DNA from: the human T2T-CHM13v2.0 reference genome, Homo sapiens
DNA length: 64,000 nt
Reading direction: 5' to 3' (one strand)
Assembly: GCF_009914755.1 (NCBI RefSeq)
Contig: NC_060934.1
The translations under genes were made by a program, and so were the position numbers. Below the pieces are notes generated by a model. The model saw only the letters and a list, made by a program, of their open reading frames with translations. It made no database searches and had not been told where the DNA came from. Of the stretch, positions 25,955-38,572 are shown piece after piece. Position 1 is the stretch's first letter. The number at the start of each line of letters is the position of its first letter.

Positions 25955-28314
25955 TAATTTACCATTATTTTTATAGTTTCTTAAAAAGGAAGCTGTTGTC
26001 CCTGATTTAAGACCTTTCTTCTTTTCTACTACAAGTATTTGGTGCTATAAATTCCACCCTAATTACTCCTTTAGCCACACATTCTGATATAATGCGTTTT
26101 CATTTTCATTCAGTTTGAAATACTTCATAATTTACCTCTTGGTTTCTTTGACCTATGAGTTATTTAAAAGTGTGTTATTTTGTTTCCATATATCTGGGCA
26201 TGTTCCACATAGCTTTCTGTTATTAATTTCTAATTTAATTCCATTTTTTTTCAGGCACATAATTTTACGACTTGGAAACCTTTCCAATTTGTTTAGTCTC
26301 TTATTATAGTCCAGAACATGCTCTACACAAGTAAACTTTATGTGTGCACTTGAAGGGAGTCTGCATTCTGCTGTTGTTGGGTGGAGTATTCTATAAACCT
26401 AAGACAAGTTTGTTGATAGCATTGCTAAAGTGGACTATATCATTGCTGATTTTCTTTCTACTTCTTCAATCAGTTATTAAGGGAAAAGTAGTGGAATTTC
26501 TGGTCATAATTGTTCATTTTTCTGTTTTTCTCTGCACTTAGGTCAGTTGTGGCCTAATGTATTGTGAAGCTCATACAGGTTTTCAGTTATTACTCAGTTA
26601 TTCAGTTCATAAAGGTTTCACACTTGTTTGAGCTTTTTGATCAGTTGATCCCCTTTTCACTATAAAGTGGCCTTCTAAGTCCCTATTGAGAATCTTTGCT
26701 CTGAAACTGTTTTGTCTGATATAAAATAGTCCAGCTTTCTTTTGACAGCGTTAGTGTGATATGTATTTTCCGTATGCTTTTAACTCATTTTTGTGTTTAT
26801 ATTTAAAGTGGCTTTCTTATAGGAAGCAGATACGTGGGTCTTGATTTTCATCCAATCTGACATATCTTCATTTTAATTGGACTGTCTAGTCAGATTACAT
26901 TTAATGTGACTATTGATTTTATAGGTTTCAGTTCTTAATTAAGCTTGCTCTGTGTTTTCTATTTGTTCTATCTTTTCTTTGCCCCCCTTTCCTGTTTTTT
27001 TTGCTTTCTTTTCATGGTAGATATGTTATAATTTTACTCATCTGTTGGCTTATTGGTTATAATGCTTTTTAAAAATTTGGTGATTACTGTAGGATTTATA
27101 GCATTCATCTTTAATTTATCACAGTCTATCTTGAAGAGACACCATACTTCTGCACACAGGAGAGCCTTAACATAGCACCTACCATCTTTCTCCTCTCAGT
27201 TGGTAAGCTATTTTTGTCAAATATTTCATTTATTCATGTGTTATCAACTCTACACTATCTTATTTTTTCTTTAAACAGCCAATTAACTTTGAAAGATATC
27301 TAAGTAAAAGGGGAAAATCTTATACATTTACCAGGGTAAGTACCGATTCCTGTACACTAATTCCTTTCTGCACACCTGTATTTCCATCTGGAATAATTTT
27401 CTTTCTGTACGGAGGATTTCCCTTCACATTGCTGGTAGTGTAGGCGTTGTCATTATAAGTTATAAATTATTGTCATTATAAATTCTTTTAGCATTACCAT
27501 TCCTGCAGATGTCTTTATTTTGCCTTTGTTTTTGAAAGACTTAGCCTGTGTATAGAATTCTAGGTTTATAATTTTTTCTTTCAGTCCTTTAAGAGGCTGC
27601 TTTGTGTCTTCTAACATTATTTCTGATGAGTAACAGACTGTCATCCTTATCCTTGGGTTGTTTCTTTCTTTTTTTTTTTTTTTGTATATAATGAGTTTGT
27701 TTTTCTCTGTTTTTAAGATGTTCTGTTTATCACAGGTTTCCCATCATTTTAAGCTCAGGATTCATTAAGCTTCTTAGATATGTAGATTTATTATTTTATC
27801 AATATCAATTAAGTTACCAAAAAAAACTTCTTAGCCACGATTTCTTTACTTTTCTCTCTGCTCCTCCCTCCACCCACCCCTTTACAGATTCAATATACAG
27901 GTATGTTAAATCTCTTAAGGTTGTCCCATAAGGAACTAATTTTTTTATCTCTTTGTGCTTTATTTTGAGCAATTTCTTTTGCTACGTCTTCATGTTTACT
28001 CTTCCTTTCTTCTGCAGTGTGTAATCTACAGATCCAGTGTAATTTTCACTTCAAACATTGGAGTTTTTGACTTTAGAATTTCTGTTTTGTTCTTTAGTTT
28101 ATATCTTTCACGTTTCTAAGAAACTTTTGAACATATGGAATACATTCGTAATCATTTTAAATGTCCCTTGTCTGCTAAATGTAACATCTGTGTCGGTTCT
28201 GGATAGGTTTTGGCTGATTGATTATTTTTCTCCTTGTGGTTTTTTTTCCCCATTTCTTCGTGTATTTGCTCATCTTTGATTAGATGTCAGGCATTTTAAT
28301 TAGGTGCTGGATAT

Positions 28315-31283
28315 AACTATTAAAATTTTGATTTACATAGTAGGTGTATATATGTGTTTGTGGGATACATGAGATACTTTGACATAGACGTGCAATATGT
28401 AATAATCACACAGGGTAAATAGGACATCCATCACCACAAGCATTTATCATTTTTTCGTGTTACAAACATTCCAATTATACTCTTTTAGTTATCTTAAAAT
28501 GTATATTAAATTACCATTGGCTGTACTCGCCCTGCTGTGCTGTCAAATACTGGTTCCTATTTATTCTATCTAATGACATCTTGTACCCATTAAATGTTCC
28601 CACCTGCCCCCAAGCCCCACTACCTTTCCCAGGCTCTGATAACTATCATTCTACTCTCTATCTCCATGAATTCAATTGTTTTAATTTTTAGCTCCCACAA
28701 ATGAGTGAGAACATGCAAAGTTTGTCTTTCTGTGCCAGGCTTATTTCACTTAACATAATGTCCTCCAGTTTGAACCATGTTACTGGAAATAAAAGGACCT
28801 CATTCTTTTGTTATGGCTGGATAGTATTCAATTGTGAACATGCACCATATTTTCTTTACTCATTCAACTGTTGATGGAACTTTAGGTTGATTTCATATCT
28901 CGGCTATTGTGAATAATGCTGCAATAAGCATTGGAATGAAGGTATTTCTTTGATATACTTTGATTTCCTTTATTTTGGGTATATACCTATGTATTAGTCC
29001 ATTCTCACACTGCTATGAAGAAATACCTGAGATTGGGTAATTTATAAAGGAAAGAGGTTTAATTGACTCACAGTTCCGCATTGCTGAGGAGGCCTCAGGA
29101 CACTCACAATCATAGTGGAAGGCGAAGGAGAAGCAGGCACCTTCTTCACAGGGCGGCAGGATGGAGTGAGTGCAAGCAGGGGAAATGCCAGACACTTATA
29201 AAACCATCATATCTCCTGAGAACTCACTCGCTGTCATGAGAACAGCGTGGGGGAAACTGCCCCCCATGATCCAATTACCTCCACCTAGTTGTGCCCTTGA
29301 GACATGGGGATTATTGGGGTTATGAGGATTACAATTCAAGATGGGATTTTTGGTGGAGACACAGCCAAACTTTATCAACCTAGCAGTGGGATTGCTAGAT
29401 CGTATGGTAATTGTATTTTTAGTTTTTTGAGGAGCCTCCATACTGTTCTCCAAGTGGCTGTATGACTTTATATACCCGCCAACACTGCATGAGCTCACTC
29501 TTTTGTCCAAAATCTTGCCAGCATTGGTTATTTCCTGTCTTTTGGATAAAAGCCATTTTAACTGGGATGAGATGGTATCTCATTACAATTTTGATTTGCA
29601 TTTCTCTGATGATCAGTTACGTTGAGCACCTTTTCATATACCTGTTTCGCATTTGTATGTCTTCTTTTGAGAAATGTTTATTCATATCTTTTGCTCATTT
29701 CTAATTGAATTATTAAATATTTTTCCTTTTCAGTTGTTTGAGCTCTTTATATATTCAAGCGTTATTAATCCTTTGCCAGATAGTTTGCAAATTTTTCTCC
29801 TATTGTGTGGGTTATTGCTTCACTTTGTTGATTGTTTCCTTTGCTGTGCAGAAGCCTTTTAACTTGATGTGATCTGATTTGTCCACTTTTGCTTTGGTTG
29901 CCTGTGCTTGTAGAATATTCCTCAAGAAATCTTTGCCCAGACTAATGTCCTGGAGAGTTTCCTCAACGTTTTCCTTTAGCAGTTTCATAGTTTCACCTCT
30001 TAGATTTTAGTCTTTAATCCATTTTGATTTGATTCATGGCAAGAGATAGGGGTTAAGTTTCACTCTTCTGCATATGGATATTCAGTTTTCCCAGCATCAT
30101 TTATTGAAGAGACGTCCTTTCCCTAATGTATGTTTTTGGGACTTTTGTTGAAAATGAGTTCACTGTAGATGTATAAATTTATTTCTGAGTTATCTATTCT
30201 GCTCCATTGGTCTATGTGTCTCTTTTTATGCCAGTACCATGCTGTTTTGGTTAAATAGCTCTGTAGTATACTTTAAAGTCAGGTAATATGATTCCTCTAG
30301 TTTTGTACTTTTGCTCAGGATGGCTTTGGCTATTCTGGGTATTCTGTGGTTCCACATATGTTTTAATTTTTTTTTTCTATTTCTGTGAAGAATGTCAATG
30401 GTATTTTAATAGGAATGGCATTGAATCTGTAGATTGTTTTGGGTAGCATGGACATCTTAATATTTATTCTTAATATTCATTTGTTAAATGTCATCTTCAA
30501 TTTCTTGTTTCAATGTTTTATAGTTGTTATTATAGAGATCTTTTACTTCTTTGGTTAAGTTTATTCCTAGGTATTTTATTTGTAGCCATTATAAATGGGA
30601 TTACTTTCTTTATTTCATTTGCAGATTGTTTGCTGTTGGCATACAGAAATGTTATTGAGTTTTGTGTGTTGACTTTGCAGCCTGCAACTTTACTGAATTA
30701 GTTTATCAATTCTAATAGTTGTTTTGGTGGTGTGGTTTAGGTTTTTCCAAATATAAGATTATATCATCTGCAAACAAGGATAATTTGACTTCTTCCTTTT
30801 CAATTTAGATGCCTTTTATTTCATTCTCCTGTCTAATTGCCCTAGGTAGGACTTCGAGTACTATGTTGAATACCAGTGGTGACAGCGGGCATCCTTATGT
30901 TCCAGATCTTAGAAGAAAGACTTTTTGTTTTTCCCTACTGAGTGTAATACTAGCTGTGGGTCTGTTGTATATAGTTTTTTATTGTATTGTGTTATATTCC
31001 TTCTATAACCAGTTTTTTGAGGGTTTTACCATGAAGGGATGTTGAATGTTATCAAATGCTTTTCCAGCATCAGTTGAAACGATTATATGGTTTTTGTCCT
31101 TAATTCAGTTGATATAATGTATCACATTGTTTAATTTATGTATGTTGAACCATCCGTGCATCCCAGGGATAAATCCCACTTGGTCGTGATGAATGATATT
31201 TTTAATATGTTGTTAAATTCAGTTTGCTAGTGTTTTGGGGAGGATTTTTGCATCAATGCTCATCAGGGATAATTGGACTGTAG
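28315..31283 (-). mobile_element. 5'-truncated L1MA (L1MA2-4-like), about 2.6 kb, host of THE1C
   Basis: L1MA 3'UTR (CATAGTAGGTGTATAT...GTAATAATCACA) followed by ORF2 remnants; TGGATAT repeated at 28308-28314 and 31284-31290. Confidence 0.88.
28990..29377 (-). mobile_element. MaLR solo LTR, THE1C-like
   Basis: TGTATTAGTCC...CAAGCAGGGGAAATGCCAGAC...TATCA; perfect 5-bp TSD ACCTA at 28985-28989 and 29378-29382. Confidence 0.95.
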
Positions 31284-31994
31284 TGGATATTTTTATATTA
31301 CCATAAATATAATTGAATGCTGTTCTGAGACACAGTTAAGTTAATGGGAAACAGCTTGATTCTTCCAGGTCTTGCTTCTCTGATTTGTGAAGTGGGTCCA
31401 TGGCAGTACACTATCTAGAATAACCATTGCCCACAATCAAGGCGAGACCTTCCTGAATATTTTTCCCAATGTACGATGAATTATGGTTTCTAAATCTGGT
31501 TGGTGGAAACAAGCACGAGTTACGGCCCTGTGTGAAGCACTGTTTTCTAATCTTTTTGGGTAGCTTTTTCCCTAACCTCATGTAAGCCCCTCCCACATCC
31601 ACCGCTCCATACTCATCAGTACTTTGCTGAATATCTCAGGGCATTCTTTTTGCAGAACGTTAGAGTTCTCTCTCGGTCAGCACTCCGCCTCTCAAATTCT
31701 GGCCACCTTGGATTTCCAGAGTTGCAGTTCTGTCTCCTGAACTCCTGGGAACCACCAGGCCCCACTGGGCCTCCCTTTCCTTGTGCTATGGCCTGGGGCT
31801 CCCTCAAGACAGTGAGGAGCAGCATCCCAGGGCTCACCTCATGAACACACCTGACTCTCACATGTTGCTGTTCTTCATTGCCCCAAGCCTGACATCCTGA
31901 AAACTGTTGCTTGGTATGTTTCTTCGGATTTTCTCCTTAGATTGTTTAGGGTCGGACAGCAAATCTTGTCTGTGGCAGTAGAAGTCTCTCCTCA

Positions 31995-33230
31995 CTCCTT
32001 AGCCTGACATTCAAGGCCTTCTATGACCTGGCCTCAATCTGCCTTTCCAACCTACTATCTCAACATATCCCTATTTTTTGTAATTCTCTAAAAAGCCTAC
32101 ATATTTTCTGCTTTTGAGCCTTTGCACATGTTAGACACTTTTTCCACTATCTCCTGATTATCAGTTTTTGATGCTTCACATCCCAGGTAGATGTCTCCGC
32201 CATGGAAAGGGCTTCCACATATCCTGTGGGGCAGGCACGGGGCAAGGTGCTGGAGAGGAGAAGGTGACCTTGACAGATGCTGTCCCTGCCCTGTGGAGCT
32301 CCTGGGTTGGCTCAAAGGCCATCGTCACACAGCATGGGAATGACAGTCTGGGTAAGGTGCCAGGAGCTATGGTAGGAGGAGCAGGACGCCTCGCAGTCCA
32401 GCCTCGGAGTCTCAGAGGAGTTGACCTCCATGGGGAGATGGGAGGGTTGCATGGACATTGCAGGAGTGAGGGGGAGCCCAGTCTGGTGTCTGGGAGACCA
32501 TCGCACAGAGCAGAGCAGGGTGCAGTGAGGAGCTGGATGATGATGAAGATGGTGTGAGTGGGGAGAGGAGCGTGAGGAGACCTCCCAAGCCTGTTAAGAA
32601 CTCCAGACTTTAGCTTGAGGGCAACGTGGAGCCCTTACTTGGTTCTAGTCCAGAACACGTTCCTACTTACATTTGTAATATTCATTTTAGCTTTGGTGCG
32701 TTCGGGGAACAAGACTGGAGCGGGGCGCCATCCCCGGGACAGGCAGTGGAAACCAGGAGCGGATGCTTGGCACCGGGATAGAGAGAAGCAGCTTGGGGAG
32801 GGAGGACCCAGGGATAAACTAAACATGGGCTCTGGGGGACAGGAACAGATCAGAGTGATGCTGGGGCCTGGCAGCGGGGACAGGTGCACACTGTGCCTGT
32901 CTTTGGAATAGGGGGCGCTGGGAAGAGCAGCTTTGCAGAGAAAAGGTTACTCTGTGATCTCTCTGCCCAGAACGTCCCTTTCGTTTGAGAATTAATTGCT
33001 CCATTTCCTTGGCTTCCATGATTTTCCACTTAGACGTTATGTTGTCTTACCTTGTGCTGGAATTTAATGGAGTTTAATTGTTCATGTGTTTCGCTGGCTT
33101 GCAATTGCCACAGGAAGCAGAGTCTGGCTATTGTGCCTCTTTTATTTCAGCTGCTATTATGGTCCCCAGAACAAAGTCCCACAGACAATAGATGATTAAT
33201 AAATTCTGGTGACTCAAATTAACAAAGGAG
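31995..33230. mobile_element. Scattered L2 fragments in both orientations
   Basis: TCCTTAGCCTGACATTCAAGGCCTT (about 31996), GTCCCTGCCCTGTGGAGCTC (about 32282), ATAGATGATTAATAAATT (about 33188). Confidence 0.45.
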
Positions 33231-33704
33231 CTTATTTTTATGTGGCATAATGTGTGCATGATTGAACACTTTTCTGTCATGAAACGCAGCACCGAGATGT
33301 CCTTTGCTATCTTCTCAAGGACTTTTGAAGGCATGAGATTTTAATTTCAAGATCTAAATATATGTTCAACAGTGCTGAGTCAGACAAGAGATCTCAGTCT
33401 GATTTTTTTCACTGTCATAACATTTACGATCCCGTGGAGCCATAAATACCTTCCTCAGGCAGGAAGGAGAGAGGCAGACAGGAGCCTGGAGCATGGTAAT
33501 AGGGCTGCCGAGGCACAGAGTCCAGCGGGACCCTTGTCAGCTGTGATGTTAATAAGGCCAAGGAGCAGGCAGCAGCCCTGCCATGCACCGTGTGCAAATA
33601 TGTTTTCACCAGGCATGGAGCCGGGAGCTCCTGCCCTGTAAAAGCTCGGTCGCCAGGCGTCTGGAATCTCAATCTCAGAGCAGGGCTGGAAGGTGATTTC
33701 TATT

Positions 33705-33966
33705 AGCCAGGAATGTGCCTGCAGTTTATTGTTCTTGATAGAACCAGCACCCAGCCAGACACCTGTTGATCTGCGTGTCAGGACATCAGTGCGGAAATAC
33801 CAGCTTCTGGAGCAAAGTCCTTTAGCAAAGATATGAGAGGCCTGGAAAAATCAATGCCTCTAATAGGAAGATATTTCTGGAGGTGCTGCTTTTATATTGA
33901 AGAGACAACAAGCTCTTAATAATACTTCAGAACTGAGAGGCAATATTTCTTTTTAAAGTATTGGAT
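33705..33966 (-). other. Candidate terminal exon (non-coding)
   Basis: Minus-strand acceptor TTTTTTTAAGCCCCACTGTGTTTTAG (AG at 33968-33967) and AATAAA at 33730-33725; stops in all frames. Signal-only evidence. Confidence 0.18.
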
Positions 33967-35124
33967 CTAAAACACAGTGGGGCTTAAAAAAATACAAATA
34001 AAGCCATTTGTCTCTTGTCGAGCCAGCTCTTGGGGCATTTCCAAGCCCATGGTGTACACCCAAAACAGAGCCTCCGAGGGTCCCCTCTCAGGTGCTTCCC
34101 CCAAGCTATCTCCGTAAGACCCGCGCACACTCCCCGCTGCAGTGCCCAGCCCCCAACCCAAACTGCTGTAGGCCTGATGTTTCTGGTGACTCCTAGAACT
34201 TCTACTGCCCCCATTTTTATTTCCCTACAGCTTCACCAACAACAGATATTAAAGTCATTGAAATCCTTGGCTGGCGGGACAAGAATGTTATCTTGCTAAA
34301 TTTCCCATTAATTTAATGACATAGCTGTGACATGTTCTCATACATTTATTTTCCATTTGTATTCCTTCCTTTGTTAATTGCCTATCCATATTCATTTTCT
34401 CCTAATTTTTTCTCATTGATTTTTGGGACACTTCATTCATGAAATTTATTAACCCTCTGATTTATGCTGTTAATGGTTTTTGTGAGTTAGGTCGCTCAAT
34501 AAGTCTTCCCCCAGCCCTGTGAGGTTGAATTTATGATAATTTCCATTTCAAAAATTTGGAGGACTTTTTAATTTTGAGGTTTTTAAATGTTTAAGTTTTA
34601 TTTTATATACATATTTGCTTTAAGGAGTTGGGGGCCTTGCTGGTCTCACGCAACAAGAATAAAGGTGGGATGGGCAATTCTTCTGGCACGGTGGCTCCTT
34701 GACACCGTCAGGGACGTCCACCATTCTTAGTTCTTGCTTGTCTCCACACATCCTGTTTCTGAGATTGGAAAATCCACCAGATTGTCCTGATGCTGATGGT
34801 CTTCCTAACCACCACGTCACACTGTCTCTCCTGAGTCCCTGCTCCGAGCAGACCTTCCACCTTGGAAAAGATAAATCTCTACGTGGCATTTTCCAGGGCT
34901 CTGTTGTGATGGCTCTTTGCGCTTAAATCATTAACTCACATGTGGATTAGATTGTGCATTACTCGAAAAAGCAGAACATAGTCCAATTACCAGCCAACTT
35001 CCCCGGCTCCCTAGACCCAGTAAACCTTCTGCCCATAAATGGTGATGATGTGCCCTTATCATGCTCTGTGTGCTCATGCGTTTGAGCTCCCATTCGGTTT
35101 CATTGGCTGCCTGTTGTTTTTTTC

Positions 35125-35397
35125 CATTATTCAGGTCTCAGTTCCAATGTCTGCTCTCCAGAAAACCTTCCCGTGCTGCCCTCGCCAAGGCAGCTTGGCT
35201 CTCTGAGTCACTCTCTGCCTTTGCTTCATCTCCGTGACAGCATTCATCACACTGAATTTTCTTACCTATTTATTGGTTCTGGTATTTGTTGCCTATCATC
35301 TCTTTTGTAATATAAGCTTCATGGCTTTGTCCCCCACAATCAGAACAGTGTCTTGCATTTGGTAGGTACCAAATAAGTATAAGCTCAATGAATGAAT
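35125..35397 (+). mobile_element. L2 3' end
   Basis: TTCAGGTCTCAG...CAGAACAGTGTCTTGCA...TAGGTACCAAATAAG...TGAATGAAT. Confidence 0.75.
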
Positions 35398-36365
35398 TCC
35401 AATGGTTTTAATTACTGTGCTTTTAGAATGTACTCTTCGCACAGGACACAGAAGACAGAGGATGAGTTGGGAATGGCCAAGCCTGTGCTCCTGAAGAGCC
35501 GGGTTATCTCTAAATCAGAGTTACACACCCCAGGCAAACCAGAGGGGACTTAGGGTCTGAGTGCCACATGCAGCTTCTCCCCACTGAGAACCCACATGGA
35601 GCCTCTGTGCTGTGGGATGGGGCTCCTGTGTCCTCCTCTTTCTTGCCTGTGCCTCAGGACTAGTTCGTGCTTCTGCTCACAGTGAGCTCAGCTGACCACA
35701 GGGGACACCCCCTCCCCCTGGTGCTTCTCCCAGTAGCCGCCACCCCACCCTTCTATCCAGGTGGAGCTGGCTGAGTTCTTCTGGAACTGCCCTTAGGGGT
35801 GTGTTCCCTGCATGCTCTGATGGCCAGGGTGTGGGGAAAGGGCATCCATGCTGCTGGGAAGTCCCTAAAGACCCCCTCATTTGACCATTCAATCACATTT
35901 CCTGCATACATACACATCTCTGGCAAAGCAGCTGGCACCTCTCTTAGGGGCCAGTGCCCCATGGGATTGGAGATGGCTCAACTGGAACTGACTCTTTCCA
36001 ATAAGAGGAATTTGAAGAAACAGTCAAGTCTGACTTGCTCCAAGGACTGTCAACTAGCGCGTAATAAGGAAAGGTAACACAAAGCATTCGCTGTACGATG
36101 GATGGCACTGGACCCAGCTGCAGAGGAAAGGGAGTTTCCCTGCATTTGCCCCGCAGACAGACCTCAGTCACATCCCATTGTGTGCATAGGTTCATAGGCA
36201 CCAGCTGTTTCGTCCCCAAGTCTCCATGCCCTCTAGAGGAGTAGCTGCTGGCAGCAGCTTCCTTCCAGACCAGCGTTCCAGAGGCCAGACAGCTTTGCCA
36301 GGGACTTAGCTCCAGGGTCAACAGCGTGACCTGATGATCAGGGACTGTACCACAAAGCCCCTTCC

Positions 36366-36500
36366 CCACATCCTCGTCATGACAGCATCCTGACAGTGTC
36401 CTCGTCACGAGGCGTGAGTTCCCACATCCCTGACAGCATCCTCGTCACGAGGCGTGAGTTCCCACGTCCCTGACAGCATCCTCGTCATGAGGCATGAGGT
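36366..36500. repeat. Short 40-bp tandem repeat (about 2.7 units plus a partial lead-in)
   Basis: CTGACAGCATCCTCGTCACGAGGCGTGAGTTCCCACATCC at 36390, 36430 and 36470 (partial). Confidence 0.92.
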
Positions 36501-37334
36501 CATGGAGCTGTGTGGCTCTGGCCTCATGGCTGGATCACATAGGGCAGTGGCTGCTGTTTGAGAATCTTCTGAGGTGGAGGGAGCCCTGGCATGAAGCTGC
36601 CTCTTTCCCAAGCCTCCCCTTCAGGTGGGGAAAACTGAGTTGGGCTGTGTGGGGTGGGGTTCCTCAGAAACTCCTCTTGGCCAGTGGCTGGATTGCCTGG
36701 CTCTATTGACAGAGAACCTCCATATTTATTCCTTCATTATTAGTTTGTTCATTCATTCATTCATTCATTCATTCGTCTGCCCAGCACTGGCGGGGAACCA
36801 GCCCCGGAGCTCCAAAGCTAAGGGGCAGCCCCAGCCTCAGGTGCCACCAAAGCAAGGCAGAGGCTCTCGATCACTGCAGCCAGCATGGAGCCACACTGAG
36901 TCTCTGCTTCTGCAAGCCATGGGTTCCTGAGGCTGAGGTTTCTTACTCCTTTTGTTTCTGCTCATCAGCTGTGTCTTAGGCTGCTGTCAGGGACCCCAGA
37001 TGAGCTACAAGGGAGATTCATTCTCTCACTGGCTGAGTACCTTTCATCTGCCACTCAGTCCTGGTCACAGGCACAGGGGACGAGTTTTTACCCATCACCT
37101 GAGTGTCAGCTGAGTGTGGCTGCAGCAGCCGGGAGTGCTTGGAAATGGTCTGTTTGCTGTGATTGCTGTCATCTGAGTGGGCTCTGGGCCTTCATTTGTA
37201 ACTTTTGTTGTTGTTTTTGGTATGTGATTTACTTTTAAACAGCAGCGAAGACACTGGGCATACCTAAATAAGGGTATATCTCTTTTTGGTTCTGACTTTC
37301 ACATTTATTCACAATAGAAAAAGCATGATTTCTA

Positions 37335-37445
37335 GCAGTGGGAACATAGATTTGGGAGCGCTGTGGTCCTCACCAGCTCTGTGGTCTTAGGAAGGCTGCT
37401 GGACCTCCCCATCCAAGGCATCTTGTGTGTCAAGTGAAAGTGAGA
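37335..37445 (+). mobile_element. MIR fragment
   Basis: CTCACCAGCTCTGTGGTCTTAGGAAGG...CATCTTGTGTGTCAAGTG resembles a degraded MIR core. Confidence 0.45.
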
Positions 37446-38416
37446 CTTGCTCACTACAAACGGGAGCTGACCATGGGCCACATCTTCTCTGCGTTTGGCC
37501 TATTTTAACATGGACACCATTTTCATCATCCACAAACAAAAACCTATTGCTCAAGGAGGTCTACAATTGCGCCTAATTTTTTTTCACTTTGAAAACATGA
37601 ATAAGATGAAGAATCACTTCTCTCCACTGCACATGTGCCCTTGAATAGAGGAAGAAAAGAAAATACCACTCAGATCCCTTTGCAAGCTCAATGCAAAATA
37701 GAAGATGACTCTTCCAGTTAAAAACGTTTCACTTATTTGCCATGATTTAGACTTAAACACTTGCTGGGATGGCACAAAAGGCGTGGTCTTCCACAGGTAA
37801 ACAACCAGCTGGCATGTGCTGTCCTGCATGGTCAGCAAACCAGTAGGGGCAAGGTTGGTGTGGGGTGGAAGGAGCTGTCTTTGGTCCTGCCCCATCCTCA
37901 GGCTCCAGTTCATCTCCTCCTCAATCCCATTCCTCTCTCTCCAGTTGCTCTCCCGAGGCCATCAGCCTGGTCCTCTCTGGAACCTCCTCTCCCTTCCCCT
38001 TGGCAGGCACTGAGGCAAAGCAGAAAGTCCATGCACCTGGTAGAGCCTGTTCTGCAGGGTCAATATCCACAGCCCCCAGGGTGTCCCCACGCAATGAAGT
38101 CACCAGAGCATAAACCTTCTTAAAGTTTCAATAAACAACCCAGAAACATCTTTAAAAATAATTGTAATGATTTTCCTGTCTACTTATCTTTAAGTGTTTA
38201 GGTGATTTCCAATTTCTGTTATTATAAAGCAATGACAATTAATAATTCTTTCTATTTTTGTGTTACATAGATGACCAAAAATAAGATTACTAGATTAAAA
38301 ATCATGATCACTTTGAAGGCATTTGATAAATATCTCCAAGTTGCTTTCCAAATGGATTATAGGAGTTTTTATACTGAACAGCCAGGGTTGAAAGGACTTG
38401 TTTTGTGTGCCCAATT

Positions 38417-38572
38417 GTAGTGCTTTGCCAGAGCTGGCTCGTATGGGTCCCACAACTGACTATGCATGTCTCTTCCCAGCTCCACCTTTGCTGACGTTAC
38501 CCTGGTAACTTGATAATGGCCATGGTGGGAGTATGTCTATCCTGGAAATTAGCATGTTACAATCCCTGGCTT
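38417..38572 (+). mobile_element. MER63 (hAT-Blackjack) DNA transposon fragment
   Basis: GAGCTGGCTCGTA...TCTCTTCCCAGCTCCAC...TGACGTTAC...GGCCATGGTGGGAGTAT matches my recall of MER63. Confidence 0.65.
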
